A stretch of DNA of 64,000 bases from NCBI GenBank assembly GCA_963736925.1, contig CAVTQP010000003.1, positions 586,868 through 650,867 on the forward strand, written 5' to 3'. Both the position numbers and the translations under genes were made by a program. Source of the stretch: an uncultured Actinomycetes bacterium (lineage in GTDB: Bacteria; Actinomycetota; Acidimicrobiia; Acidimicrobiales; CAVTQP01). The notes beneath the pieces are model-generated. The model did not search any database and was not told the origin of the DNA. It saw only the letters and a list, made by a program, of their open reading frames with translations. Positions 10,380 to 19,322 of this stretch are shown here, piece after piece. Position 1 is the first letter of the stretch, and each line of letters begins with the position of its first letter.

Positions 10380-11581
10380 CCGGACGAAGGACCGAGTGGG
10401 GAGCGCCGCACCGGCCCAAGCCCGAGGACCACTTCACCTTCGGTCTGTGGACGGTGGGGAACCCCGGTCGGGACACGTTCGGCCACGATGTCCGCGGTCG
10501 TCTCGACCCGGTTGAGTCGGTGCATCGTCTGGCAGACATGGGAGCGTACGGCGTCAGCTTCCATGACGACGATCTGATCCCCCCCGGCTCGTCGCCCTCC
10601 GAGCGGGAGGCGGTTCTGAAACGCTTTCGCAGGGCCCTGGACCAGACCGGCGTCAAGGTACCGATGGCCACCACCAACCTGTTCTCCCGTCCCATATTCA
10701 AGGAAGGCGCGTTCACGGCGAACGATCCCAAGGTTCGCCGGTATGCCCTGGCCAAGACGCTCGACGCGATCGACCTGGGGATCGAGCTTGGGGCCGGCGT
10801 GTACGTGATGTGGGGAGGGCGCGAGGGAGTCGAATGTGACGCCGCCAAGGATGTTCGTTTGGCTCTGGACCGGTACGCGGAGGCGGTCAACGCCTGCTGC
10901 GCTTACGTGCGGGACAGAGGTCACGAGCTTCGCTTCGCCATCGAGCCCAAGCCCAACGAGCCTCGAGGCGACATCTTTCTTCCCACCGTCGGCCATGTAC
11001 TGGCCTTCATAGAGCGGTTGGAATGGCCCGAGATGGTGGGAGTCAACCCGGAGCTGGCCCACGAGACCATGTCCGGGCTGTCGTTCCACCACGCGGTGGC
11101 CCAGGTGCTGTGGGCGGGCAAGCTCTTCCACATCGACCTCAACGCCCAAAGGATCGGCAAGTACGACCAGGACTTCCGCTTCGGTTCGGAGGCTGTCCGA
11201 GACGCCTTCTACGTCGTGAAGCTGCTGGAGGATGCTCGCTGGCAGGGGATGCGGCACTTCGACGCCCACCCCTACAGGACCGAGGACGCAGCAGGGGTGT
11301 GGGATTTTGCCGCCGGGTGCATGAGGACGTACTTGATCCTGGCCGACAAGGCGAGGAGGTTCCACGAGGACCCGGACATCCGCGAGGCCCTGGCCCACGC
11401 CAAGGCCGGGATGCTCGCCGAACCCACCCTGCCCACCGGTCAGGACCCGGCGTCCATCGAAGGACTCAGACGGCAGGTTCAATCGGCGCCGGCCTCCGAG
11501 CTGGAGATGCTCGCCACGTATGGCTACCGGCACGAGCGTCTCGACCAGCTGGTGACCGAGCTCCTGCTGGGCGTGCGCTGA
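10373..11581 (+). CDS. xylA: Xylose isomerase
   Basis: [21 protein letters not shown]...FHDDDLIP...[19 protein letters not shown]...[12 protein letters not shown] is classic actinobacterial XylA. ATG at 10373. Confidence 0.93.
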   Translation: MVTGRRTEWGAPHRPKPEDHFTFGLWTVGNPGRDTFGHDVRGRLDPVESVHRLADMGAYGVSFHDDDLIPPGSSPSEREAVLKRFRRALDQTGVKVPMATTNLFSRPIFKEGAFTANDPKVRRYALAKTLDAIDLGIELGAGVYVMWGGREGVECDAAKDVRLALDRYAEAVNACCAYVRDRGHELRFAIEPKPNEPRGDIFLPTVGHVLAFIERLEWPEMVGVNPELAHETMSGLSFHHAVAQVLWAGKLFHIDLNAQRIGKYDQDFRFGSEAVRDAFYVVKLLEDARWQGMRHFDAHPYRTEDAAGVWDFAAGCMRTYLILADKARRFHEDPDIREALAHAKAGMLAEPTLPTGQDPASIEGLRRQVQSAPASELEMLATYGYRHERLDQLVTELLLGVR

Positions 11582-11588
11582 CCTGCTC

Positions 11589-13046
11589 ATGCCCCTAGTG
11601 GCGGGTGTCGATTGCTCGACCACCGCAACCAAGGTCCACGTGCGCGACGCTGACGACGGACGCCTGCTCGGCTGCGGGAGCGCGCCTCATCCCCCGTCCG
11701 AGCCGCCGTGCAGCGAGGCTGATCCGGAGGCCTGGTGGGATGCTCTGTCGAGGGCTCTCTGGATCGCCACCCAAGGTGCCGGGGTGAAACCGAACGAGAT
11801 CGCGGCGATCTCCGTGGGCGCCCAACAGCACGGGATGGTGACCGTGGACAGTGACGGGTCGGTGATAAGGCCGGCCAAGCTTTGGAACGACTCCGAGTCG
11901 GCACCCCAGGCGCGCGAGCTCGTCCACAAGCTCGGTAAGCAAGCGTGGGCGGCTGCGTGCGGGAGCGTGCCGGTTGCCTCCTTCACGATCACCAAGCTCG
12001 CCTGGCTTCGCCGCCACGAACCCCGCAACTTCTCGCGTGTCTCACTCCTGCTCCTGCCGCACGACTGGCTCACGTGGCGGCTGTGCGGACGGGCCGCTAC
12101 GGACCGGGGCGATGCTTCGGGGACTGGCTACTGGTCTCCCTTCGAAGGTCGTTGGAGGCCGGACCTGCTTGCTCTGGTCGACCAGAGCCTGGAGGTCGAC
12201 TACGAGCACCGGCTGCCGGAGGTTCTTGCGCCTTCGGAGCCCGCGGGTGAAGTTGTCCCTTCGGTGGTGTCGCACCTTGGCCTGAAACCGGGCACTGTCG
12301 TCGGACCCGGTACCGGCGACAACATGGGCGCAGCCCTTGGGGTTGCCCTCGACGAGAGAGATGCCGCCGTCTCGATAGGCACGTCGGGGACCGTCTACAC
12401 CGTGGCGAGGACTCCGGTTGCTGACGCGTCCGGATCGGTCGCGGGCTTTGCAGATGCTACGGGCCGCTTCCTCCCGCTGGTGTGCACTCTCAACGCAACG
12501 CGCGTGACGGATGCATTCGCCAGGCTGCTCGGCGTCGGCAGCGAGTCGTTCGACCTACTGGCGCTTTCGACGCCGCCTGGGGCCGGTGGGCTGGTGCTGG
12601 TTCCCTACCTGGACGGTGAGCGGACGCCCGATCGACCGGAGGCGCGGGGTGTCTTGGCGGGGCTTGCCTCCGACGTCTCTCGCGCGGAAGTCGCACGCGC
12701 CGCGGTGGAAGGAGTCGTGTGCGGATTGCTGGAGGGACTGGACGCATTGGTGGGGGCCGGCGTCGCGTGGGAGGGACGTCGGCTGGTGCTCCTGGGAGGA
12801 GGCTCCCGGTCCAGCTCCTACCGGAGGGTGCTGGCGGATCTTGCCGGGCTTCCCGTGGTGGTGCCGATGGAGCCGGAGCCGGTCGCGGCGGGGGCGTGTG
12901 TACAGGCGGCGGCGGTCCTTGCCGGGAGTGACACGGGGCAGGTGGCCTCAGTCTGGGCCGGCGGCTCGTCGGTGGAGGTTGTCGAGCCCGACCTGTCGGT
13001 GGACGCCCGGGCGTTGAGGTCCAGGTACGCGCGGTGGAGGGGGTAG
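11589..13046 (+). CDS. xylB: Xylulokinase (FGGY carbohydrate kinase)
   Basis: VAGVDCSTTATKVHV...VGAQQHGMV...GTGDNMGAALG..., located directly after xylA. Confidence 0.9.
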   Translation: MPLVAGVDCSTTATKVHVRDADDGRLLGCGSAPHPPSEPPCSEADPEAWWDALSRALWIATQGAGVKPNEIAAISVGAQQHGMVTVDSDGSVIRPAKLWNDSESAPQARELVHKLGKQAWAAACGSVPVASFTITKLAWLRRHEPRNFSRVSLLLLPHDWLTWRLCGRAATDRGDASGTGYWSPFEGRWRPDLLALVDQSLEVDYEHRLPEVLAPSEPAGEVVPSVVSHLGLKPGTVVGPGTGDNMGAALGVALDERDAAVSIGTSGTVYTVARTPVADASGSVAGFADATGRFLPLVCTLNATRVTDAFARLLGVGSESFDLLALSTPPGAGGLVLVPYLDGERTPDRPEARGVLAGLASDVSRAEVARAAVEGVVCGLLEGLDALVGAGVAWEGRRLVLLGGGSRSSSYRRVLADLAGLPVVVPMEPEPVAAGACVQAAAVLAGSDTGQVASVWAGGSSVEVVEPDLSVDARALRSRYARWRG

Positions 13047-13171
13047 CCGGACGGGTGGGCGGCGGTGCCGGGTTCCGGCAGGGTGACGAGCAGTGTTTGG
13101 GTTGGCCACGTACGAGTCGCTGACAGTGAAATCACTGACCGCTTAGGGTCATACCGCTCTCGTATGGAGCA

Positions 13172-13187
13172 TCGAACAAATGTTCGA
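13172..13187. promoter_or_regulatory. LexA (SOS) box TCGAACAAATGTTCGA upstream of imuA'
   Basis: Perfect match to the actinobacterial/Gram-positive consensus TCGAAC-N4-GTTCGA. It is followed by TACACT (13188-13193), then 8 nt, then the ATG at 13202. Confidence 0.9.
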
Positions 13188-13201
13188 TACACTCGGATAT
13201 C

Positions 13202-13945
13202 ATGAGCATCGCCGACCCGGTCCCGGACTTTGACCCCAACGTCAGGAGTCGGGGACAGGAGTGGGGGGGTGCTTCCACCCCCGGGTTGGAGGCCGTGGGC
13301 GAGCTGGCCCGGCCGGTCACGCCCGCGTCCGAGCAGTTCTTGGCCGTCTCCCCGGCCCTGGCCGATCTGCTCCCCGGAGGGGGCCTGGGGCGGGGGTCCA
13401 CCGTCGCTGTTACGGGCAGAGGGGGCTCCACTTCGCTGATCCTTTCGCTCATGGCCAAGCCTTCGATGGAAGGGGCTTGGTGTGCAGTCGTCGGTCTTCC
13501 GGCTCTTGGTGTGATCGCAGCCTCGGAGCTCGGGGTGGAGCTCAAGAGGTTGGCGTTGGTGCCATCCCCAGGAGATCGGTGGGCGACGGTGGTCGCCGCG
13601 TTGCTGGATGCCTTCGACGTGGTGGCGGTGGCACCCCCCGTTCAGGTGAGACCACAAGAGTCCAGGCGACTGGCTGCGAGGGCCCGTCAGCGAAGGGCCG
13701 TTCTCTTGGCCATGCCTCGTGAGGCTGGTGTGCGAAGGGTGGAGCCGCTCGAGCGTGTATGGCCCGAGGTCCCCGACATTGGTCTGGAGGTTGTTGAGAG
13801 CGACTGGTGTGGTCCCGAGGATGGCTACGGCTTCCTCAAGAGGCACCGATTGAACGTTCTCTCCAAGGGTCGCAGGGCTGCGGGACGTACAAGGTGTGTC
13901 GTGTTGTGCCTCCCTCAGGGCGACGGCCTGGGAACCGACCGGTGA
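13202..13945 (+). CDS. imuA': ImuA' (RecA/SulA-fold mutasome accessory protein)
   Basis: LLPGGGLGRGSTVAVTGRGGSTSLILSLMAKPSMEGAWCAVVGLPALGVIAASELGVELKRLALVP matches mycobacterial ImuA'. SOS box upstream and GTGA overlap with imuB. Confidence 0.85.
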   Translation: MSIADPVPDFDPNVRSRGQEWGGASTPGLEAVGELARPVTPASEQFLAVSPALADLLPGGGLGRGSTVAVTGRGGSTSLILSLMAKPSMEGAWCAVVGLPALGVIAASELGVELKRLALVPSPGDRWATVVAALLDAFDVVAVAPPVQVRPQESRRLAARARQRRAVLLAMPREAGVRRVEPLERVWPEVPDIGLEVVESDWCGPEDGYGFLKRHRLNVLSKGRRAAGRTRCVVLCLPQGDGLGTDR

Positions 13946-15534
13946 GCGCGCGCACCTTGGTCGTATGGTGCCCGGACTGGCCGATCACGGCAGCCCGTGT
14001 GCCGGCGGGGGTGCCGGCGGCGGTCGTACATGCCAATCGAGTCGAAGCTTGCTCTCCGGAGGCGAGGGACCTGGGCTTGCGGCCGGGTCTTCGACGCCGT
14101 CAGGCGCAGGGTCGGTGCCCGGGACTGATGGTCTTGGAAAGGAGACCTGGGCAGGAGACGGCATATTTTGAGACGACGGTGGTGAAGGCGGTGGAGAGGT
14201 TCAGCCCCCGGGTCGAGGTTCGCGACCCCGGCGAGTGTGCGTTCCCTTCACTCGGACCCAGTCGCTACTTCGGAGGAGATGAGTCGTTGGCCCAAAAGGT
14301 GGCCCTTGGGGTGGCGCGCGCCCTGGATCGAGAGAGGGTCCACTCGTTCGGGCTGGTGGGACGTGGTTGGCGTGTTGGTGTAGCTGATGGTCCTTTTGCC
14401 GCTCGGATGGCGGCTCGGACGGGGGTTGTGGTCCCTCCCGGGGGGAGCGCCGACTTCCTGGCCCTCTTTCCCGTCACTGCTCTCGAGCGTCCCGACATGG
14501 CAGACCTCCTGAATCGGCTGGGCATCCGGACCTTGTCGGAGCTCGCCGCCTTGCCCGAGGAGGCCGTGTCCGATCGCTTCGGGGTGGAGGGGCAGCTGTG
14601 CCACCGCTTGGCGCGCGGGCTCGACGAGAGGGTTCTCGAACTCAGGTCTCCCGATGCGGACTTGGTCGTCTCCTTGGAGTTGGATCCTCCCGCAGAACGA
14701 GTGGATTCTGCGGCGTTCTCAGCAAGAGCTCTTTCCAATGAGTTGTTCGACCGGTTGGACCACGTGGGCCTCTACTGCACCCGGGTAAGAGTGGAGACCG
14801 AGACCGAGCACGGCGAGCATCTTTCCCGTCTGTGGTCCCATGACGGTCCGTTCACTCCCGGCGAGTTGGCGGAGCGTGTGAGGTGGCAGCTGGAAGGGTG
14901 GCTCACCGGACGGTTCTCGAGCGACGGGAGGGGTGCCCGAGGCACAAGCGTTGTCCGTCCCACTGCCGGTCTCGTCGTCTTGAGACTGGTCCCCGAAGAG
15001 TTGACTCCTCACGGCATGGGTCAGTCAGGCTTCTGGGGGGAAGTGGGCGAGATGAGGGAGCGAGCATCTCGGGCCCTGGCACGCGTGCAAGGGTTGCTCG
15101 GGCAAGGGGGTGTTGTGACACCAGCCTTGGTCGGCGGCAGGGGACCGGCCGATCGAGTGTGCTTGACGCCTTGGGGCGACCCCCGTCCCCAACTGGCAAC
15201 GGAGTCATGGCCCTGGCCGGGTCGCATACCGGCTCCCTCGCCGGCCATCGTCCACCCCGAGCCTCTCGAGGCGCGGTTGGTGGACGGCGACGGCGACTCC
15301 CTCGGAGTGAACGGACGTGGTGTTTCCACCGGAAGGCCTTTCCGTCTTTCCGTCGAAGGGGGGCCGTGGTTGGAGGTTGTGAACTGGGCCGGACCATGGC
15401 CGTCCACCGAGCACTGGTGGGATCGTTCGTCCCGTCGACGTAGAGCCCGCATCCAGGTGATCGTCCAAGGCGGGACCGCATACCTGCTTTCTCTCGAGAA
15501 CAGCGAGTGGGGCGTCGAGGCCTGTTACGACTGA
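13942..15534 (+). CDS. imuB: ImuB (catalytically inactive Y-family polymerase-like mutasome adaptor)
   Basis: VSARTLVVWCPDWPITAA... N-terminus typical of ImuB, about 530 aa, immediately after imuA'. GTG at 13942. Confidence 0.85.
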   Translation: MSARTLVVWCPDWPITAARVPAGVPAAVVHANRVEACSPEARDLGLRPGLRRRQAQGRCPGLMVLERRPGQETAYFETTVVKAVERFSPRVEVRDPGECAFPSLGPSRYFGGDESLAQKVALGVARALDRERVHSFGLVGRGWRVGVADGPFAARMAARTGVVVPPGGSADFLALFPVTALERPDMADLLNRLGIRTLSELAALPEEAVSDRFGVEGQLCHRLARGLDERVLELRSPDADLVVSLELDPPAERVDSAAFSARALSNELFDRLDHVGLYCTRVRVETETEHGEHLSRLWSHDGPFTPGELAERVRWQLEGWLTGRFSSDGRGARGTSVVRPTAGLVVLRLVPEELTPHGMGQSGFWGEVGEMRERASRALARVQGLLGQGGVVTPALVGGRGPADRVCLTPWGDPRPQLATESWPWPGRIPAPSPAIVHPEPLEARLVDGDGDSLGVNGRGVSTGRPFRLSVEGGPWLEVVNWAGPWPSTEHWWDRSSRRRRARIQVIVQGGTAYLLSLENSEWGVEACYD

Positions 15535-15564
15535 CCAGCTATCGTTCTGTCTGACTGGGAGTCA

Positions 15565-16575
15565 TTGCTTCAGCTCCCAACCCCTACTGCCGATAGCCAG
15601 CGCATGAACAATATGGACACCGGGAGATCAGGAGACTCTGAGCCGTTCAGCGTCTCTTTGCCTCAGGACGAGAGCGAGCGCCTGTCCCTGGTCGGGGAGC
15701 TCTGCAAGGACGTACTGGGTTGCATGGCCCGGATCAAGGCAGACCAGTCGGAGCTCCAACGGACCGTTCAAGAGCTGCGGTCCGTGCTCGGACAAACGGG
15801 CGCCGGCCATGACGAACTGGAATGGCTGAGAGCCGTCCCGAGCGCCACCCCCGGGATCGAGTCTTCGGACGCCGACGTCGCAAATCAAGTCTCGAGCCTT
15901 GTTCAACCACAGGCCCAAGGCCCCGGGGCACCACCTGTCACTTCGCCTGGTCCTGTTCCCCTCAAGCCGCCGGCATCGGTTGGCCGGGCTCCGGAGAAGT
16001 CGAGCCGTCTAGCGGACGGGCCCGTGGACGTCCCCAAAGAGGGCGAGCTGGACGCCTTGACCCTGCTCGGTTTCGGGTTCAAGGAAGGGTCAAAGGAAGG
16101 GTCAAAGGAAGGGTCAAATAAGGGCGCACCGTCGCCGCCGGAGCCGGCTTCAGAGCCCGCTTCCCAAGCTTCGCCTTGGCCTACTCCCAAGGTGGCCGCT
16201 CCTCCGATCGGACCGGCGGAGCGAAGGCTCCAGCCCCCGGCGCGCTCTGCTGTTCAGCAAGGAGCGACCTCTCCTAAGCAGCAAGAGCCGACGATCGACG
16301 AGCTCCTCGAGGCCGAGTTCGGATCCGCTCCGTCCGCCGCGGAAGGCGTTCCGCCCACGCGAGAGGCAGACGTGTCGGAGCTGTCGCAGAGGAACTACTT
16401 GGAGAGCGCCAGGCAGGAGGCCGAGATCCGCGCGACCCGGGAGGCCCATGGCGATCTGGGGCCCGGAGACTCCGACGAAGAGGCTCCGAACGAGGACTTC
16501 TTCGGGGCGGAGGAGATCAGTCACGACTTCTTCGCACGGGGCTCGACGCTGAGGCGCTTCCGCAAGGACAGATGA
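15565..16575 (+). CDS. Hypothetical low-complexity (Pro/Ser/Glu-rich) protein with a short N-terminal helical segment
   Basis: ORF only. GGGAG lies 4 nt before the TTG at 15565 (alternative ATG at 15604). Contains a KEGSKEGSKEGS repeat (12 bp x3, 16081-16116). No recognisable domain or TM segment. Confidence 0.45.
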   Translation: MLQLPTPTADSQRMNNMDTGRSGDSEPFSVSLPQDESERLSLVGELCKDVLGCMARIKADQSELQRTVQELRSVLGQTGAGHDELEWLRAVPSATPGIESSDADVANQVSSLVQPQAQGPGAPPVTSPGPVPLKPPASVGRAPEKSSRLADGPVDVPKEGELDALTLLGFGFKEGSKEGSKEGSNKGAPSPPEPASEPASQASPWPTPKVAAPPIGPAERRLQPPARSAVQQGATSPKQQEPTIDELLEAEFGSAPSAAEGVPPTREADVSELSQRNYLESARQEAEIRATREAHGDLGPGDSDEEAPNEDFFGAEEISHDFFARGSTLRRFRKDR

Positions 16576-16619
16576 GTAAGGACAGATGAGTAACGACAGG
16601 TGAAGAAGGACAGGTGAAC
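16564..16619. repeat. 14-bp tandem repeat x4 (aaggacagRtgaNN) spanning the stop of the previous ORF
   Basis: Units at 16564-16577, 16578-16591, 16592-16605 and 16606-16619, read directly. Confidence 0.9.
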
Positions 16620-16642
16620 ACAGGGATGCCTGGGAAGAGCCG

Positions 16643-17386
16643 TTGTTGACCTCGGTCCCCGAGCTCCGCCTGCTGGTCATCGGAGGGACCTCAGGCGTTG
16701 GTAGAGCGGTTGTGCTGGCTGCAGCAAAGGGAGGAGCAAGGGTCGCTTTTGGGGGCCGGCGTCCCGACCTGCTAGAGGAGGTCGAGGCCCTGGGAGGAGA
16801 AGGTTGTGTGGGCCTGCCATGCGATGTCTGCGACCCGGACTCCCTGGCCTGGGCGGTTGCAGAAGGTGCGCGGAGCCTCGGGGGTCTGAACTCACTCGTC
16901 TACACGCCGGCGTACGTCCCCCTGCTGTGGCTGGGCGAGGCGACGCCGCTCGAGTGGCGACGGGTGTTCGAGACCAACGTCGTCGGGGCCTGCGAGGCTG
17001 TGAGGAGGGCCTTGCCGGCTCTTCAGCAGTCGAGGGGAAGGGTGCTGTTCGTGTCATCGGACTGGCTCCGCTACCCCCGGGCGGCACTCTCCCTCTACGG
17101 CACCAGCAAGGCGGCCCTTGACGCCGCATGTGTCGGCTTCCGGATCGAGGTGCCAGAGGTCAGCTTCACCACGGTGGTGCTCGGCCCCACGGTTCCCACG
17201 GACATATCCCGCGAATGGGACTTCGACAAAGCAGGCCCGATCATGCAGACGTGGGAAGCCAAGGGGATCAACTACAGAGGATTCATGGACGTGGAAGACA
17301 CAGCCTCAGAGATGCTCCGCGTGCTGACCTCACCCGTGCGGATCGACGAGATCGTCCTGGAGCCCCCGGAGGGCGGCCCTCACTAG
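16643..17386 (+). CDS. Short-chain dehydrogenase/reductase (SDR)
   Basis: LLVIGGTSGVGRAVV Rossmann motif plus a YGTSKAAL catalytic motif. TTG start at 16643 or 16646. Confidence 0.8.
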   Translation: MLTSVPELRLLVIGGTSGVGRAVVLAAAKGGARVAFGGRRPDLLEEVEALGGEGCVGLPCDVCDPDSLAWAVAEGARSLGGLNSLVYTPAYVPLLWLGEATPLEWRRVFETNVVGACEAVRRALPALQQSRGRVLFVSSDWLRYPRAALSLYGTSKAALDAACVGFRIEVPEVSFTTVVLGPTVPTDISREWDFDKAGPIMQTWEAKGINYRGFMDVEDTASEMLRVLTSPVRIDEIVLEPPEGGPH

Positions 17387-18522
17387 CCCTTGATCAGGCC
17401 GGCGACCCGCGCCCTGTGCTCGGCGGCGGTGCCGAACTGGGTGTCGCCCCACTTGGCCCGCTTCAGGTAGAGGTGCAGATCGTGCTCCCACGTGTAGCCG
17501 ATCCCACCGTGGAGCTGCAGGCCGTCTTGCACGATCAGTCGTTGGCACTCCCCGGCCGCCGCCTTGGCCATGGAGGTGGCCAGCGTTCGCCGCGGATCGT
17601 TCTCTGCGATCGTCAGAGCGGCGAGGTACCCGACGGCCCGGGCGCGCTCGAGAGAGATGAACATGTCGGCCAGCTTGTGCTTCACGGCCTGAAAGCTGCC
17701 GACCGGCACGTTGAACTGCTCGCGTGCCTTGACGTAGTCGAGCGTCATGTCGAATATCGCCTGGCAGGTGCCGACGGTACTCACGGCTATCGCGGCGGTC
17801 GACTCTTCCACGGCGCGCCTCAGTGCGGAGGCTCCCTGTTCTGATGGCCCCAGCTCCCGGTCCGCAGAGACCCTTACCCGATCGAGGACGATCCCGGCTT
17901 GCCGCTGTGTCCCGTCCAGCATCCTCGTAGGGAGCGCTTCAACCTGATCGCCGGGCACGACGAACAACGCGTGACATCCATCTGGCGTGCTCTCACCCTG
18001 GTGGTCGATCACACGTGCGGCCACCACCATCTCGTCGGCGGTAAAGCCGTCGGCCACGTAGTGCTTGGTGCCCTCGATCACCCAATCGCTGCCCTCCCGC
18101 CGGGCGGTGGTGGCGAGCCGGCGCGGCGGCCACAGGCCGTCCTCCTCTGCCACCGCCATGGTCCCCGTCATGCTCCCCTTGGCGACCCACCCGAGAAAAC
18201 GTGCTTGCTGCTCGGGTGTCCCCGCCTCGCGTACGGCGGGGACGAATTGCGTGACCGTGGCAAGGTAGGGGCCCGGAGCTATCGATCGGCCCATCTCTTC
18301 GAGCACGACCGCGAGCTCGACGTAGCCGAGGCCCAGCCCGCCGAGATCCTCGGGTATGGTCAGGGCCGGCCAATCCAGGCCGGTGAGCGTCGCCCAGAGG
18401 CCGTCAGGCCGGACGTCCTTCTCCACCACCTCCCGTACGAGGGAGATGGGGCACTCCCTGTCGAGAACCGCCCGCACAGACCGCCGTAGCTCCTCCTGCT
18501 CGCTTGTGAACTCGAAATCCAT
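17383..18522 (-). CDS. Acyl-CoA dehydrogenase family protein
   Basis: C-terminal LQLHGGIGYTWEHDLHLYLKRA and overall ACAD layout. Confidence 0.88.
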   Translation of the reverse strand: MDFEFTSEQEELRRSVRAVLDRECPISLVREVVEKDVRPDGLWATLTGLDWPALTIPEDLGGLGLGYVELAVVLEEMGRSIAPGPYLATVTQFVPAVREAGTPEQQARFLGWVAKGSMTGTMAVAEEDGLWPPRRLATTARREGSDWVIEGTKHYVADGFTADEMVVAARVIDHQGESTPDGCHALFVVPGDQVEALPTRMLDGTQRQAGIVLDRVRVSADRELGPSEQGASALRRAVEESTAAIAVSTVGTCQAIFDMTLDYVKAREQFNVPVGSFQAVKHKLADMFISLERARAVGYLAALTIAENDPRRTLATSMAKAAAGECQRLIVQDGLQLHGGIGYTWEHDLHLYLKRAKWGDTQFGTAAEHRARVAGLIKG

Positions 18523-18540
18523 GCCGGGACGGTTCTCCAG

Positions 18541-19322
18541 TCAGGTGTGAAAGGTGCCGTCGGTCTGACGGTGCCACCCGCCGGCGGCGAGATTGCCACC
18601 GTCGACGTGGATGGTGGTTCCCGTCACGAACGAGCTGGCGTCCGAGGCCAGGTACACGGCGGCCGCGGCGACGTCCTCGACCCGACCTCGCCGGGTCAGC
18701 GGTGTGGTGACATCCCCGAGACCGTCCTCGCCACCGAGACCCGGCGTGGGTATCACATCCGGCGCGATGCAGTTGACGCGTATCCGCCGATCGCCGAGCT
18801 CGAGCGCGAGAGACTTGGTGAGGTTCGTGACGGCGGCCTTCATGGCGGAGTAGACGGCGTAGTTGGGGCCGGCGCGATGTGCCTCGATCGAGGTGATGTT
18901 GACTATCGAGGCGCCCTCGCCCATCCGGGGGAGTGCCGCCCGGGTCAGGTTGGCGACACTCGAGAAGTTCTCGGCGACAAGGGCCTCCTGACCCCGGGGC
19001 GAGATGTCCTGGAAGGGCGACCGGAACCCCCCGCCGGCATTGTTGACGAGAATCCGGATGGCCCCGAAGCAGTCGCCGACCTCCCCGATCAGATGGGCGA
19101 CCGCGCCGGGATCGCGGACGTCCATCACAGTCGCATGCGCGCGGCGCCCGGCCCGCTCCACCGCCTCCCTCGTCTCTTCGAGGCTGGGCCCGTCACGATC
19201 ACACAGAGCCACATCCGCACCGAAGCGAGCAAACGCCAGGGCCACACCCTCGCCGATGCCGGTCGCGGCACCGGTGACCAGCGCTACACGGTCCTCGAGG
19301 AGAAAGGCATCAGGCCCGAGGT
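18541..19322 (-). CDS. SDR family oxidoreductase (start codon uncertain)
   Basis: RVALVTGAATGIGEGVALAF...YSAMKAAV...ASDASSFVTGTTIHVDGG. There is no in-frame ATG/GTG/TTG between the Rossmann motif and the upstream gene, so the 5' end is approximate. Confidence 0.75.

Noticed and set aside
9803-11632. 609-aa minus-strand ORF. Similar long ORFs occur at 32850-34187 (-), 34172-35962 (-), 42620-44290 (-), 44718-46532 (+), 38756-39853 (-), 58109-59101 (-) and 59978-61090 (+).
   Set aside because: Each lies antisense to a gene with clear family motifs (xylA, PCD, ACAD, LLM/SPFH, ndh, mca, ABC permease, epimerase). Their translations are Arg/Gly/Pro-rich with no recognisable motifs, as expected for shadow ORFs in GC-rich DNA.
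13094-13128. Shared motif gtttgg...tacgagtcgct...agtga, present upstream of imuA' (13094-13128) and in the aqpZ/ABC spacer (52515-52544). I considered it as a repeat family or regulatory site.
   Set aside because: The exact core is only 11 nt. In 64 kb read on both strands, hundreds of 11-mer coincidences are expected by chance. The flanks align only with gaps, and I found no third copy.
13123-13136. Palindrome CAGTGA-AA-TCACTG upstream of the imuA' SOS box, considered as a second operator.
   Set aside because: It is a single short 6-bp-arm palindrome with no counterpart upstream of dnaE2. I cannot distinguish it from chance.
16564-16619. Tandem repeats here and at 579-623, 16081-16116, 21695-21737 and 22721-22765, considered as possible CRISPR arrays.
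   Set aside because: The units are 9-15 bp and directly abutting, with no spacers, and no cas genes are present. They are micro- or minisatellites, mostly in frame within CDSs.
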